NCBI GenBank assembly: GCA_028717685.1
Contig: JAQUNI010000001.1
Span: forward strand, 143,451-207,450
Direction: 5' to 3'
Source: Patescibacteria group bacterium
GTDB lineage: Bacteria; Patescibacteriota; JAQUNI01
DNA: 64,000 nt
A program made the translations under genes and the position numbers. Below are positions 29,401 through 38,157 of the stretch, in pieces. How positions within the stretch are numbered: position 1 is the first letter of the stretch; each line of letters begins with the position of its first letter. Under the pieces are notes generated by a model, which saw nothing but the letters and a program-made list of their open reading frames with translations, searched no databases and was not told the DNA's origin.

Positions 29401-30409
29401 CATTACCTGCTACATCAAGCTTATGCTGGGGGTATTTAGTGCCAATGCCTACTTGATCATTAGTAGTATCAACATAGAGAGCCTTTGTTCCGACCGTGAA
29501 GTTGCCCCCAACATCCACACTCTTTTGCAATTCAGTTGACCCTTTAACTTCAATACCACTACCAAAATATACTTTCCCAAGCAGGCTCAAGTCCTGTGAT
29601 GTGCTGGCACCGTTAGTGGTAACATTCTGTAAATTGATATTATTGGAAGAGGCATTAGAGACTATCTTGGGGATAGAGTCGCCTAAAACAATCTCTGAAG
29701 ATGGATGGGATTCCGATGTTTGTTCCGTAGGGGAAGAGGCTTGCGGTTTAATCTTGCTGTTTAAGGCTAGATCGTCTGTTTGAAGATTATGGATTATGGA
29801 TCCTGTATTTTGGTCAACATTTTTTAGTAAACTACTAAATACTTTTAATGGGAAATATCCTCTTTCCGCAGAAACACCTCTCACAAAAACCAGAGTATTG
29901 GCGAAAAGGACTATGAGGATCAAAAGAGTTAAGAAAACGGGTCTAAAACGAGGAGGCGGAACAACAAATCTGGACCAAAAGGACAACGATGGTTTTAGGT
30001 TTTTCAGGATTTTATTCTTGAAAACGGATTTGAAGCGGAGCAATGTGGAAGATGATTCAGATTGGGGGGATAACAATAATTTCAGGTCTTCAAAAACTTT
30101 GAAGCTCTTGATTGGCGCCTTTACCCTGTTAGACAGTAACCCCCTTAAAGCCTCTGGTCTCTTACGGAATAAACATCTAATGGAGCCAGGGCAGTTTGTT
30201 AGCCCCGTTAGAAATAAATTTCTAAACGGGGTTAGAGAACAAGGTTCTCTAACGGGGTTTACTGACCCTAACGGTTTACAGGTGAAACCGAGAGCAAGAC
30301 ATCGGGAGCGTATCTTAAACATAAGATGAGAATATTTTTTATGAATACAAAACCCACCCCTTGAAAACAGAGAAATAATTTTTGAAACTATAGGGCTTTT
30401 TGTTTGCAT
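26465..30409 (-). CDS. Large membrane-anchored fibre/adhesin-like protein with 7-repeat beta-propeller, S74 intramolecular chaperone domain and coiled coil
   Basis: TM near aa 158-176; VGIGT..P..KL.V fibre motifs; 7 x ~42-aa YGNGLFVAV...VMTSPDGITW; TSSLRYKDDV...GFIAEE...IKYERI. Confidence 0.8.
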   Translation of the reverse strand: MQTKSPIVSKIISLFSRGGFCIHKKYSHLMFKIRSRCLALGFTCKPLGSVNPVREPCSLTPFRNLFLTGLTNCPGSIRCLFRKRPEALRGLLSNRVKAPIKSFKVFEDLKLLLSPQSESSSTLLRFKSVFKNKILKNLKPSLSFWSRFVVPPPRFRPVFLTLLILIVLFANTLVFVRGVSAERGYFPLKVFSSLLKNVDQNTGSIIHNLQTDDLALNSKIKPQASSPTEQTSESHPSSEIVLGDSIPKIVSNASSNNINLQNVTTNGASTSQDLSLLGKVYFGSGIEVKGSTELQKSVDVGGNFTVGTKALYVDTTNDQVGIGTKYPQHKLDVAGNVKVGQELIVIKDAHLYNNLTVDGQTKLTGILEANGGIYIDDDKFIVNGKTGDVETAGTLRVHQDAWFNRNVFIGNGGTVNYATGDGDLYVEDVLEVDGTIYGNVIGTITPGFTQGSVVFTDAAGALAQDNANFYWDDTNNRLGVGTTTPGEKLEVVGNIISKGTSWIARTATEANTWNGVAYGNGLFVAVSYNGTNRVMTSPDGITWTARTAAEANGWNWVTYGNGLFVAVAETGTHRVMTSPDGITWTARTAAEANKWEGVTYGNGLFVAVAYSGTHRVMTSPDGITWTARTAPEANSWYSVTYGNGLFVAVAYNGTNRVMTSPDGITWTARTAAEANTWYAVTYGNGLFVAVGHSGTHRVMTSPDGITWTARTAVADSWNSVTYGNGLFVAVGLTDTNRVMTSPDGITWTTRTAPESNWWMSVTYGNGLFVAVSWNWSGGTHQVMTSGKSEMNVVSTNHIYQGGMSIMSGNVGIGTSTPDNLLSLNKASGDPILDFKIADSTKFSVGVDDSDSDKFKIETAATLGGATPAFVITSTGAIGIGTSAPGTKFVIANIDTSASAANMFIDTTTGSVYRSTSSLRYKDDVQTLQDDFTKILEARPTSFIDKATGKRDVGFIAEEFDALGLSNLVIYDEQGRPDAIKYERISLYQNEVLKEQQQKLSVIDDNMQLVQNELGISAGDTTSRLTGLELGIGNQESGILSLESRIKDQESRIQDLETRITNYESQITENDADTAPAQMVEGASSEQVDLESLQSTLQTLVDSLSNLENVSNQLNTLSASILTVMESNQANTARIQELEEETQNLQQIVKIVEDKVIIGDPNKYLVLDAATGLEINSENFAVDKDGNVKVKGELKLVSGRILSETGILELNPGEANDTVPEPKVVVKGDLEVVGKITNIITGTGVIEAGKKDAVFENEEVTKDSFIGITPLSSTFIYLSEVGEKSFTVSALEEVSEDTEFNWWIIKEGGEKKGED
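28055..28906 (-). repeat. Seven tandem ~126-nt coding repeats
   Basis: Recurring plus-strand blocks ACAAACAAACCATTGCCATA and GAAGTCATTACTCGG. Confidence 0.95.
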
Positions 30410-30868
30410 TTTGGGAGATATGAATTCCGTATCGGTTTCTAGCTTTTATACTAAAAAATTGAGAGAGTAAGTCTCTACTGAAAATCTCCTAGTAGATTTA
30501 CTGGTTTAAGTACATTACTATTATATAATACCTCCCCCCACTCGTTTTTACAAGAATGTTATCCACAAAGTAATATAAAAGACTAACCCTTAAGGGCGAG
30601 GGTTAGTCTTCCACCGCGTTTTAGTTTGAATTTTTTAGGCGCGGACTGCCTCTCATTTTTAGGCAGCGACGCCTGTTAAATTTTACGGTGGCGGAGAAAC
30701 CACGTCTTTCGCGTTCCCGACGTCACCGTAAAATTATTCTATGCACTCTTTCATCTTAATAAATACATCAAATTTTTGTTTCTTAATTTTTAATTTTTAA
30801 CTAATTTTTATTTACTTAATTTTTATTGTTATTATAAATAAAACAATAATTCAATAACTAAATAAAAA

Positions 30869-32455
30869 TTAGTCTTGAACAATTACCGGCGTTCCTATTG
30901 CCGCCCAATCGTAAAGCTGTTTAGCCGGTCCCACACCGAGGCGCACGCAGCCATGAGAAACGCGCACACCTAAATGATTAGCCCCTTCCTTATAACCGCC
31001 CGGCCATTCGGGCAATTCATGAATGCCATGACCTTTAGTAGTAAAAGCCATCCAATAGGGCATATATAACCCATATTTAGAAGACCAGGCGCGCGGATTT
31101 TTACTTAAAATGTGAAAATTACCCAAGGGAGTGCCCATACCAGGCCGACCTGTAGATACCTTAGTGTCTAAAAATATTTTCTCTCCTTCATAAGCCTTCA
31201 AATTTTGCTCTGAAATGTCAATCACAATCTTCTTTAAACCATTGAAATTGTAGTTCAAAGCAGGCAAGATAATAATTTCCGCAATATGATCGCCATCTAA
31301 ATCTGCCGCCGCCAGGTTCACCCCGCCATTAAAATTCTTTTCAAAAGGATAATAACTGTAACCAGTCTGGTTCATCGCTTGGGAGCTAACGCCACTCACC
31401 AGACTTGGTTCCTTAAGATTACCTCCCACCCCCTCCTTTCTCCCCGCTCCGGGCAAGGGGAGAGCCGCTCCCATTCTCTCTTTTTCAGAATCAGTATCTT
31501 CTTGCGCGATTTTCACCCCGCCGATATTATAAGGGGAACTCTTCTGAATCTCGCCCAAGTGATTGAACGCCCGCACATGCGGCGCGCCGCCCGGACCAGC
31601 GCCAGCCAAAATCTCACTCTTGCCGTCAAAATTCAAATCCGCCGCGGCGATATCCACGCCGCCCTTGAAACCTTGATCAAAGGCGATGAAGCTGGATTCT
31701 AAAAGGCCATTACTCTTATATACTTTAATCTGGGCTTTATCCTGACGCGCGGCAGAAACGATAATCTCCGGAAGTTTATCTCCGTCCACATCCGCCGCGG
31801 CGATATCCACGCCACCCTTGAAGTCGCGCGGAAAAGGATAAAGGACAAAATCAGTCCGCGTACCATTTCCTTTAAAAACACGCACCTCGGAGCGCGTACC
31901 CTGCCCTCGCGAAACCAAAATTTCCGCATTATGATCGCCGTCTAAATCCGCAAGGGCAATGTGCACGCCGCCCCGAAACGCCGCTGGTTCTCCAAAAAAA
32001 TCCGCTAAAACAGTTTTGTTTAGGTCTGCCTTGTAAACCTTGATATGGGCGCTCTCGCGGGAAGCAACCGCCACCGCAATTTCATCCTTTTGGTCGCCAT
32101 TAACATCCCCACAAGCCACATCAACGCCTCCCAAAAATTCTGCGTCAAAAGGATAGATTACATAATTGGTCTTTTTGCCTCGATAGTCATAAACGCGCAC
32201 TTCGCTTCTCCGACCCGGTCCTGAACCAATCACAATTTCCTTATGACCATCACCATTTAGATCCCCCACGCAAACCGAAACCCCGCCGCGGAAATCATTT
32301 TCAAATAAATTAAAATCCTGGCCTTGTTTAAGGTCCACAGCTTTGAAAATACGACCGAGACCAAAATAATCGCGAGCCTCTACACTTTTTAATGGCCCAA
32401 AAATCATTCCTGACATTAAAACTGCCGTAAAAATTATTGTTTTTGTTTTTGTCAT
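30869..32455 (-). CDS. L,D-transpeptidase (YkuD domain) with N-terminal FG-GAP/VCBS repeats
   Basis: Repeated GGV..A.GD..GD...EI; C-terminal VIDISEQ, STG, TPLG.F, GIHE, VSHGCVRL. Confidence 0.9.
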   Translation of the reverse strand: MTKTKTIIFTAVLMSGMIFGPLKSVEARDYFGLGRIFKAVDLKQGQDFNLFENDFRGGVSVCVGDLNGDGHKEIVIGSGPGRRSEVRVYDYRGKKTNYVIYPFDAEFLGGVDVACGDVNGDQKDEIAVAVASRESAHIKVYKADLNKTVLADFFGEPAAFRGGVHIALADLDGDHNAEILVSRGQGTRSEVRVFKGNGTRTDFVLYPFPRDFKGGVDIAAADVDGDKLPEIIVSAARQDKAQIKVYKSNGLLESSFIAFDQGFKGGVDIAAADLNFDGKSEILAGAGPGGAPHVRAFNHLGEIQKSSPYNIGGVKIAQEDTDSEKERMGAALPLPGAGRKEGVGGNLKEPSLVSGVSSQAMNQTGYSYYPFEKNFNGGVNLAAADLDGDHIAEIIILPALNYNFNGLKKIVIDISEQNLKAYEGEKIFLDTKVSTGRPGMGTPLGNFHILSKNPRAWSSKYGLYMPYWMAFTTKGHGIHELPEWPGGYKEGANHLGVRVSHGCVRLGVGPAKQLYDWAAIGTPVIVQD

Positions 32456-32469
32456 TTTTATTTTTATTT

Positions 32470-32577
32470 GCCTCGCCGTAGTCAGCCAGAGGCGGACGAA
32501 GCTCGCCTTCGCTTAAAGCTTTAGGCGGAGCAAGGCGGGTTTTACCTCGCCGAAGCACACAAAGTGCGTAGACGGGT
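32470..32577. repeat. CCTTCGCT(T)AAAGCT-type / CGCCGAAGC palindrome cluster
   Basis: Related cluster at 51638-51700 and a fragment near 46014-46048. Confidence 0.65.
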
Positions 32578-32682
32578 TTAGTCCTCTTTTAGAAAGCTAT
32601 TTTGGCTTTCTTTGAGTAAGACTTTAAAAAGCTCGCCGGGGATAAAACCCCTTAAGCGAGCTCTTTGTACTTGACTGCTTTT

Positions 32683-32711
32683 ATTATATCATATTATGGA
32701 TTTTGAGTCAA
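32683..32711 (-). promoter_or_regulatory. sigma70 promoter for the L,D-transpeptidase gene
   Basis: Minus strand TTGACT-N17-TATAAT with extended TG. Confidence 0.7.
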
Positions 32712-32915
32712 TAGTTTTCTTGCTAAAATTCAAAAAATGTATTTTAATTAGATTATCACATCAATCATAAATTCCACCTTAAAGTACGAATCGCGCTTCA
32801 AAAGAAAATTTTGGGATATCTTTTAGCTTTGAATCATCGTTCTTTACCCAAACTTTATATATAGTAATCAGGAGCTAATTTGATGGAAATTGGATATGAA
32901 GGAGGAAGGATAAAT

Positions 32916-33344
32916 ATGTTAAATTCTGAAGTCGCTGAAAGGTTATTGTTTATTGGTATGAATGAAGAATTAAAAAAGAAGGTGTTTTTACTAAAAAACC
33001 TTCTGGAGGAAATTGCTCAAAAGCTGGGAGGAGAGGTATTTCCAGCAATCCAAATAGTGGAAGAGAAAAAGTTTCTTGATTACGAAATTAGGATTAAAGC
33101 GAGAACAGCGCTTTTTTCACGGCTCATTACTATTGCCAGGGCATATTTTCTGCATGGTTTTAGCGGTGACGATGGAAAATGGACCGACCTTAGAGTCGCT
33201 TTCAGAAAAGATAGGTGCCCTCAATCCATCTTTTCACAGCTAGAGCTAGAAATGAATAAAGAAACTGTGGATCGGCACCCCATCAAGGTAGAATATGTTG
33301 ACTACAAAAAAGACCAAAAGGAAGGCTTTTTTAGAAAACTTTAA
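32916..33344 (+). CDS. Hypothetical protein
   Basis: GGAGG upstream of ATG at 32916. Confidence 0.6.
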   Translation: MLNSEVAERLLFIGMNEELKKKVFLLKNLLEEIAQKLGGEVFPAIQIVEEKKFLDYEIRIKARTALFSRLITIARAYFLHGFSGDDGKWTDLRVAFRKDRCPQSIFSQLELEMNKETVDRHPIKVEYVDYKKDQKEGFFRKL

Positions 33345-33432
33345 ATTATATTTATTCTACCTCTGCGGCGCGAAGCTCATTTTACCCATAAGGGAAGAAC
33401 TTTACTTCCCTTACCTATCCTTACTATAAATA

Positions 33433-33463
33433 AAAAGCCCCTCTTGATTTCCAGGGCTTTTTT
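33433..33463. terminator. Bidirectional terminator
   Basis: AAAAAGCCC..GGGCTTTTTT between convergent genes. Confidence 0.65.
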
Positions 33464-33477
33464 TATTTTCCAGAACA

Positions 33478-33780
33478 TTAATAACCTAACAATAATTGAA
33501 TCCTCTCCCCCTCTCCTTCCAAAACCTGCCCCTCTCTTTCCACGCGCGTCGTTCCTCGCATATGCATTGGCTTCATATTTTCAAAATGCAAATCAATAAA
33601 TAAATTTCCATCCTGATCTAATGAAGGATGGGCGTGGAAGCGCGGGTAAAAACCAGCGCCAAGCCGGCGCACATATCCTAATTCTCTGCTTCTTGGATCA
33701 CGCAGGGGCTGATAGCCCAAACGGCGCATAAGGTTAGGAATGTTTTCTCTAATTTTTTCTTTAGATATTTCAATACGCAT
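33478..33780 (-). CDS. Hypothetical protein
   Basis: LMRRLGY...YVRRLG..FYPRFH; co-directional with the ATPase operon. Confidence 0.75.
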   Translation of the reverse strand: MRIEISKEKIRENIPNLMRRLGYQPLRDPRSRELGYVRRLGAGFYPRFHAHPSLDQDGNLFIDLHFENMKPMHMRGTTRVEREGQVLEGEGERIQLLLGY

Positions 33781-33790
33781 AATTTTAAGA

Positions 33791-34414
33791 TTAGGCTTGC
33801 GCCGCGATCATAGCTTTTACTTTCATCAGCCGCGTCAAATTCCCTCTCTCTTGTTCATCTAATTTCATTGTAATCTCGCGGATCGCGGACTGCAAATTTG
33901 GCACTAAAACATATTCCAAAGAATTTACTCTCCGCCGCGTTTTCTCAATCTCGCGGCTAAGCATTAAAATCGCTTTTTCAGTCTGCGCCAAGCGGACCAT
34001 TTTTTCTAAAGAAGTCTCAAATCCTTTCAAACTTGTATCCAATTCCGCGACAGTATCCAAATAACCATAGCAAATCGGTTCTCCTTCCTTTTGAACCTCA
34101 AAAAGCGGCACTTTGATATTCATTATATTCTTCTCGCTTGTTTGCAGGGAAAGCTTCATCTTGGACAACATCAAAGCCGCCTCTAGGCTTTGGGCTGGCA
34201 TTTCCGCGGCGGCGAAAGCAAAAGACAAAAAAGCTTCGCTCAATGATTTTTCTACCGCTTCGCGAACATCCTTGGCTTCGCGGACTACCTGCATAAAATC
34301 TTTCATTAGTCCGTCCCGTTTCTCTTTTAATAATTTATGCCCTCTTTGCGCGACTTTGAGCCGCTTTTTCAATTTAAGCAGCTCCACGCGCGTGGGGTTG
34401 ATTTTGACTTGCAT
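33791..34414 (-). CDS. ntpD: V/A-type ATPase subunit D
   Basis: NPTRVELLKLK, RGHKLLKEKRD, EIEKTRRRVNSLEY. Confidence 0.96.
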   Translation of the reverse strand: MQVKINPTRVELLKLKKRLKVAQRGHKLLKEKRDGLMKDFMQVVREAKDVREAVEKSLSEAFLSFAFAAAEMPAQSLEAALMLSKMKLSLQTSEKNIMNIKVPLFEVQKEGEPICYGYLDTVAELDTSLKGFETSLEKMVRLAQTEKAILMLSREIEKTRRRVNSLEYVLVPNLQSAIREITMKLDEQERGNLTRLMKVKAMIAAQA

Positions 34415-34507
34415 TATTTTAGAACCCCTCCCCGCCCGCAGGTCTTGAGAGGGAGAAATTATTATCCCCTTCTGGTCTCAAGGGAGTTAGGAGGAGAAAA
34501 GAGGGAG

Positions 34508-35935
34508 TTATCTCTTAAAATACTTCTCAATCATTTCCGGCTTCACTCTCTTTAACTCGGACTGCGGTAAAATAGACAAAAGTTCCCAGCCCAAACTCAA
34601 TGTTTGAATAATGTCACGATCCTCATATTCACCTTGGCGGACGAATTTGTCTTCAAAGAGAGAGGCAAACTTTAAATATTTTTTATCGGTTTCATCCAAA
34701 CTCTCTTCGCCCAAAATCACGGCTAATTCTTCCACTTCCTTACCGCGGGCATAAGAAGCGAATAACTGATTTAAAACACCGGAATGATCCTCGCGGGTTT
34801 TACCTTCGCCGATTCCTTTGTCTTTAAGCCGGGAAAGGGAAGGTAAAACATCCACGGGCGGAAAAATCCCCTTGCGGTGCAATTCGCGGCTAAACATAAT
34901 TTGGCCTTCGGTAATGTAACCGGTTAAATCGGGCACGGGATGGGTTTTGTCGTCCTCGGGCATGGAAAGGATCGGAATCTGCGTGATGGAACCGGGCTTG
35001 CCTTTAATGCGCCCCGCGCGTTCATAAATTGTAGAAAGGTCGGTATAAAGATAACCCGGATAACCACGCCGACCCGGAATTTCTTTGCGCGCCGCCGAAA
35101 CTTCGCGCAAGGCTTCACAATAATTAGTCAGATCAGACATAATGACTAGTACATCCATTCCCTTTTCAAAAGCCAAATATTCAGCGCAGGTTAAAGCCAT
35201 TCTGGGCGTTGCAATCCGCTCCACCACGGGATCATTAGCAAGGTTAATAAACAGCACCGAACGCTCAATCGCTCCGGTTTTCTTAAAATCATTTTGAAAA
35301 AAATTCGCCTCATCAAAAGTGATACCCATCGCCACAAACACCACCGCAAACTTCGTCTCTTTTCGGTCTTTATTCCGTGATTCGTGATTCGTGATTCGTG
35401 ATTCGGTATGCCGTAAATCCCAGCGCATCTTTGCCTGCCTCGCGATTTGAGCCGCAAGGCGCGCGTGCGGCAGACCAGCGCCCGAAAAAATAGGCAGTTT
35501 CTGACCACGCACCAGCGTGTTCATGCCGTCAATCGTGGAAACGCCGGTTTGAATAAATTCATCGGGATAAGAACGGGCATAAGGATTTAAAGGCAAACCA
35601 TTGATATCTAATTCTTGGTCTGGAATAATTCTAGGTCCGCCATCAATCGGCTTGCCCGCGCCAGAAAACACCCGACCTAGAATATCCTCGGATACCGGCA
35701 GTCTCAAACCTCGTCCCAAGAATTTGACCTTGGTGCCAGCACGCGGCACGCCTTGCGGCGCTTCAAAGAGCTGGATTAAGGTGAGCTCGCGTCCGGCTTC
35801 CAGAACCTTGCCTAGTATTTTGCGACCTTCTTTTGTTTCCACTTCCACTAATTCTTCATACTTTGCGCCTTCAATCTTTTCCAAAATTATTAAAGGTCCC
35901 GCAATTTCTTTCACTGTTTTATAAGCTTTGGACAT
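34508..35935 (-). CDS. ntpB: V/A-type ATPase subunit B
   Basis: [40 protein letters not shown]. Confidence 0.97.
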   Translation of the reverse strand: MSKAYKTVKEIAGPLIILEKIEGAKYEELVEVETKEGRKILGKVLEAGRELTLIQLFEAPQGVPRAGTKVKFLGRGLRLPVSEDILGRVFSGAGKPIDGGPRIIPDQELDINGLPLNPYARSYPDEFIQTGVSTIDGMNTLVRGQKLPIFSGAGLPHARLAAQIARQAKMRWDLRHTESRITNHESRNKDRKETKFAVVFVAMGITFDEANFFQNDFKKTGAIERSVLFINLANDPVVERIATPRMALTCAEYLAFEKGMDVLVIMSDLTNYCEALREVSAARKEIPGRRGYPGYLYTDLSTIYERAGRIKGKPGSITQIPILSMPEDDKTHPVPDLTGYITEGQIMFSRELHRKGIFPPVDVLPSLSRLKDKGIGEGKTREDHSGVLNQLFASYARGKEVEELAVILGEESLDETDKKYLKFASLFEDKFVRQGEYEDRDIIQTLSLGWELLSILPQSELKRVKPEMIEKYFKR

Positions 35936-35987
35936 AAAAATAAAGTTAAAAGTTAAAAGTGAAAAGGTAAAAGCTATTGCACATCAA

Positions 35988-37739
35988 TTACACCACTTTC
36001 TCTATCTTCTCCCAAACCTTTTTATACTCTGCCTCTATTTTATCTTCGGGAATAAATTTGAGTCGGGCAATATCTTCAATAATTTCCTGCTTAAATAATG
36101 CCTTCAAGTCCAACTCGTTAACTTTGGAAAGCGCTAAATCGTAGAAATCAATAATAATCTTTAACATACCGTATTGTTTAGATAAGGAGGTATAGGTATC
36201 AATTTCATCAAAGGCATTCTGATGCAAAAAGTCTTCCCGAATCATCCGGGCAACGCGCAAGATTAATTGGTCCCGCGAACCTAAAGCGTCAAAACCGACC
36301 AAACGCACAATCTCTTCCAGATTGGCTTCTTCCTGCAAAATTTCCATTGCTCTTTGACGATACTGGTTAAAATCCGCGGCGACATTATTTTTAAAATACT
36401 CCTCTAAATTTTCAGTGTATAAAGAATAGCTGGTCAGCCAATTAATCGCTGGGAAATGGCGCTTGTAGGCGAGCGCTGAATCCAAAGCCCAAAAAACCTT
36501 GGTAACCCGCAAAGTGTTTTGCGTCACCGGTTCAGAAAAATCGCCGCCCGGCGGCGAGACCGCGCCAATCACGGACAAAGAGCCAACGCGCTTCTCCGAT
36601 CCTAAACACTCCACGCGGCCAGCGCGTTCATAAAACGCCGCCGTCCGCGTGCCGAGATACGCAGGATAACCTTCTTCACCGGGCATCTCCTCCAGCCGTC
36701 CTGACATTTCCCGCAAAGCCTCGGCCCAGCGCGAAGTGGAATCCGCGGTAAGCGCGACTTTGTAACCCATATCACGATAATATTCAGCGATGGTAATCCC
36801 GGTGTAAATAGACGCTTCGCGCGCCGCCACAGGCATATTAGAAGTATTGGCAATCAAAATCGTGCGCTCCATTAATTGTCTTCCCGATTTCGGATCTTTC
36901 AATTCCGGAAATTCAATCAAAACATCGGTCATCTCATTCCCCCGCTCCCCGCAGCCGATAAAAACGATAATCTCCGCATCTGCCCATTTAGCTAACTGAT
37001 GCTGAACCACAGTCTTCCCGGACCCAAAAGGACCCGGCACGCAAGCTGTGCCGCCTTGGGCAAGCGGGAAAAAGGTATCAATCACTCTCTGTCCTGAAGC
37101 CATTAAAGTATCAATGGGTAAATTTTGTTTCACCGGCCGCGGAATCCGAATCGGCCAACGCTGCAACATTGTAATCTCTTGTTCGCCTTGCGCTGTTTTA
37201 ATCTTCGCGACAATATCTTCCACTTTGGATTGACCAGCCTTTATTGCCGTGATTTTCCCCCGCGCACCCTGAGGCACCATAATTTTATGCATAATCAAGG
37301 AGGTTTCTTGAACCGTACCTAGAATATCGCCTTCCTTCACAACATCCCCTTCCTTTTTTACAGGCTTAAAATCCCATTCCTTTTCGCGGTCAATCCCCGG
37401 TACTTCCATACCCCTCGCAATAAAAGCGCCAGACTTGGCAAAAATCAAATCTAATGGTCTTTGAATGCCGTCATAGATGGCTTTAATCATTCCCGGTCCC
37501 AGTTCCACAGACAAAGGTCTGCCAGTTGTCTCCACTAACTCTCCCGGTCCAACACCGGCGGTGTCCTCATATACTTGAATGGAGGCTTGGTCTTGGTTTA
37601 AGCCAATAATCTCGCCGATTAATTTTTTCTCCCCCACTTTGACCACATCAAACATCCGCGCATTAGGGATGCCTTCGGCGATCACAAGCGGACCGGAAAC
37701 TTTAACAATGATTCCCTGTTTATTTTCTAAATTAGACAT
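35988..37739 (-). CDS. ntpA: V/A-type ATPase subunit A
   Basis: GPFGSGKT Walker [30 protein letters not shown]. Confidence 0.97.
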   Translation of the reverse strand: MSNLENKQGIIVKVSGPLVIAEGIPNARMFDVVKVGEKKLIGEIIGLNQDQASIQVYEDTAGVGPGELVETTGRPLSVELGPGMIKAIYDGIQRPLDLIFAKSGAFIARGMEVPGIDREKEWDFKPVKKEGDVVKEGDILGTVQETSLIMHKIMVPQGARGKITAIKAGQSKVEDIVAKIKTAQGEQEITMLQRWPIRIPRPVKQNLPIDTLMASGQRVIDTFFPLAQGGTACVPGPFGSGKTVVQHQLAKWADAEIIVFIGCGERGNEMTDVLIEFPELKDPKSGRQLMERTILIANTSNMPVAAREASIYTGITIAEYYRDMGYKVALTADSTSRWAEALREMSGRLEEMPGEEGYPAYLGTRTAAFYERAGRVECLGSEKRVGSLSVIGAVSPPGGDFSEPVTQNTLRVTKVFWALDSALAYKRHFPAINWLTSYSLYTENLEEYFKNNVAADFNQYRQRAMEILQEEANLEEIVRLVGFDALGSRDQLILRVARMIREDFLHQNAFDEIDTYTSLSKQYGMLKIIIDFYDLALSKVNELDLKALFKQEIIEDIARLKFIPEDKIEAEYKKVWEKIEKVV

Positions 37740-37794
37740 AGTTTAAAAAAGCTAAAAATTAAAAGCGAAAAGCTAAAAGTTAAAATTCTTCTAA

Positions 37795-38106
37795 TTACCT
37801 TTTGGTTACATCAGTCCCGACCGCGCGCAACATCGCATCGTGAATAATTTTAGAAGCAAAACCTTTCGCTCCGGAAGGATCAGGAATAATGGTAATCGCT
37901 GGAAAGGTTTGCTCATTTAATTGTTGAATCATCCCATAAATCTCTTCAGCCAAAGATTCAGGAATAAAAAGAACACCTAAATCATCTTGCGCGATTTGAT
38001 TGAGTCTCGCGCGCGCTTCGGCGCTATCCCTCACCGCGTATGTCTCCATTCCTAAAGCGTGGAAGCCTGCAATAGTTTCTTTTTTACCTATAATGCCAAT
38101 TTTCAT
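37795..38106 (-). CDS. V/A-type ATPase subunit F
   Basis: MKIGIIG...GFHALG...RAVG; operon position. Confidence 0.9.
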   Translation of the reverse strand: MKIGIIGKKETIAGFHALGMETYAVRDSAEARARLNQIAQDDLGVLFIPESLAEEIYGMIQQLNEQTFPAITIIPDPSGAKGFASKIIHDAMLRAVGTDVTKR

Positions 38107-38126
38107 ATTCCGTGGTGAAATCACCC

Positions 38127-38155
38127 GTAGAGACGTTGCACTGCAACGTCTCTAC
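38127..38155. repeat. GTAG-type REP palindrome
   Basis: GTAGAGACGTTGCA-C-TGCAACGTCTCTAC, perfect 14-bp stem. Confidence 0.85.
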
Positions 38156-38157
38156 TT

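Noticed and set aside
26465-30409. Prophage
   Set aside because: No integrase, terminase, capsid or other phage genes; the protein has a membrane anchor
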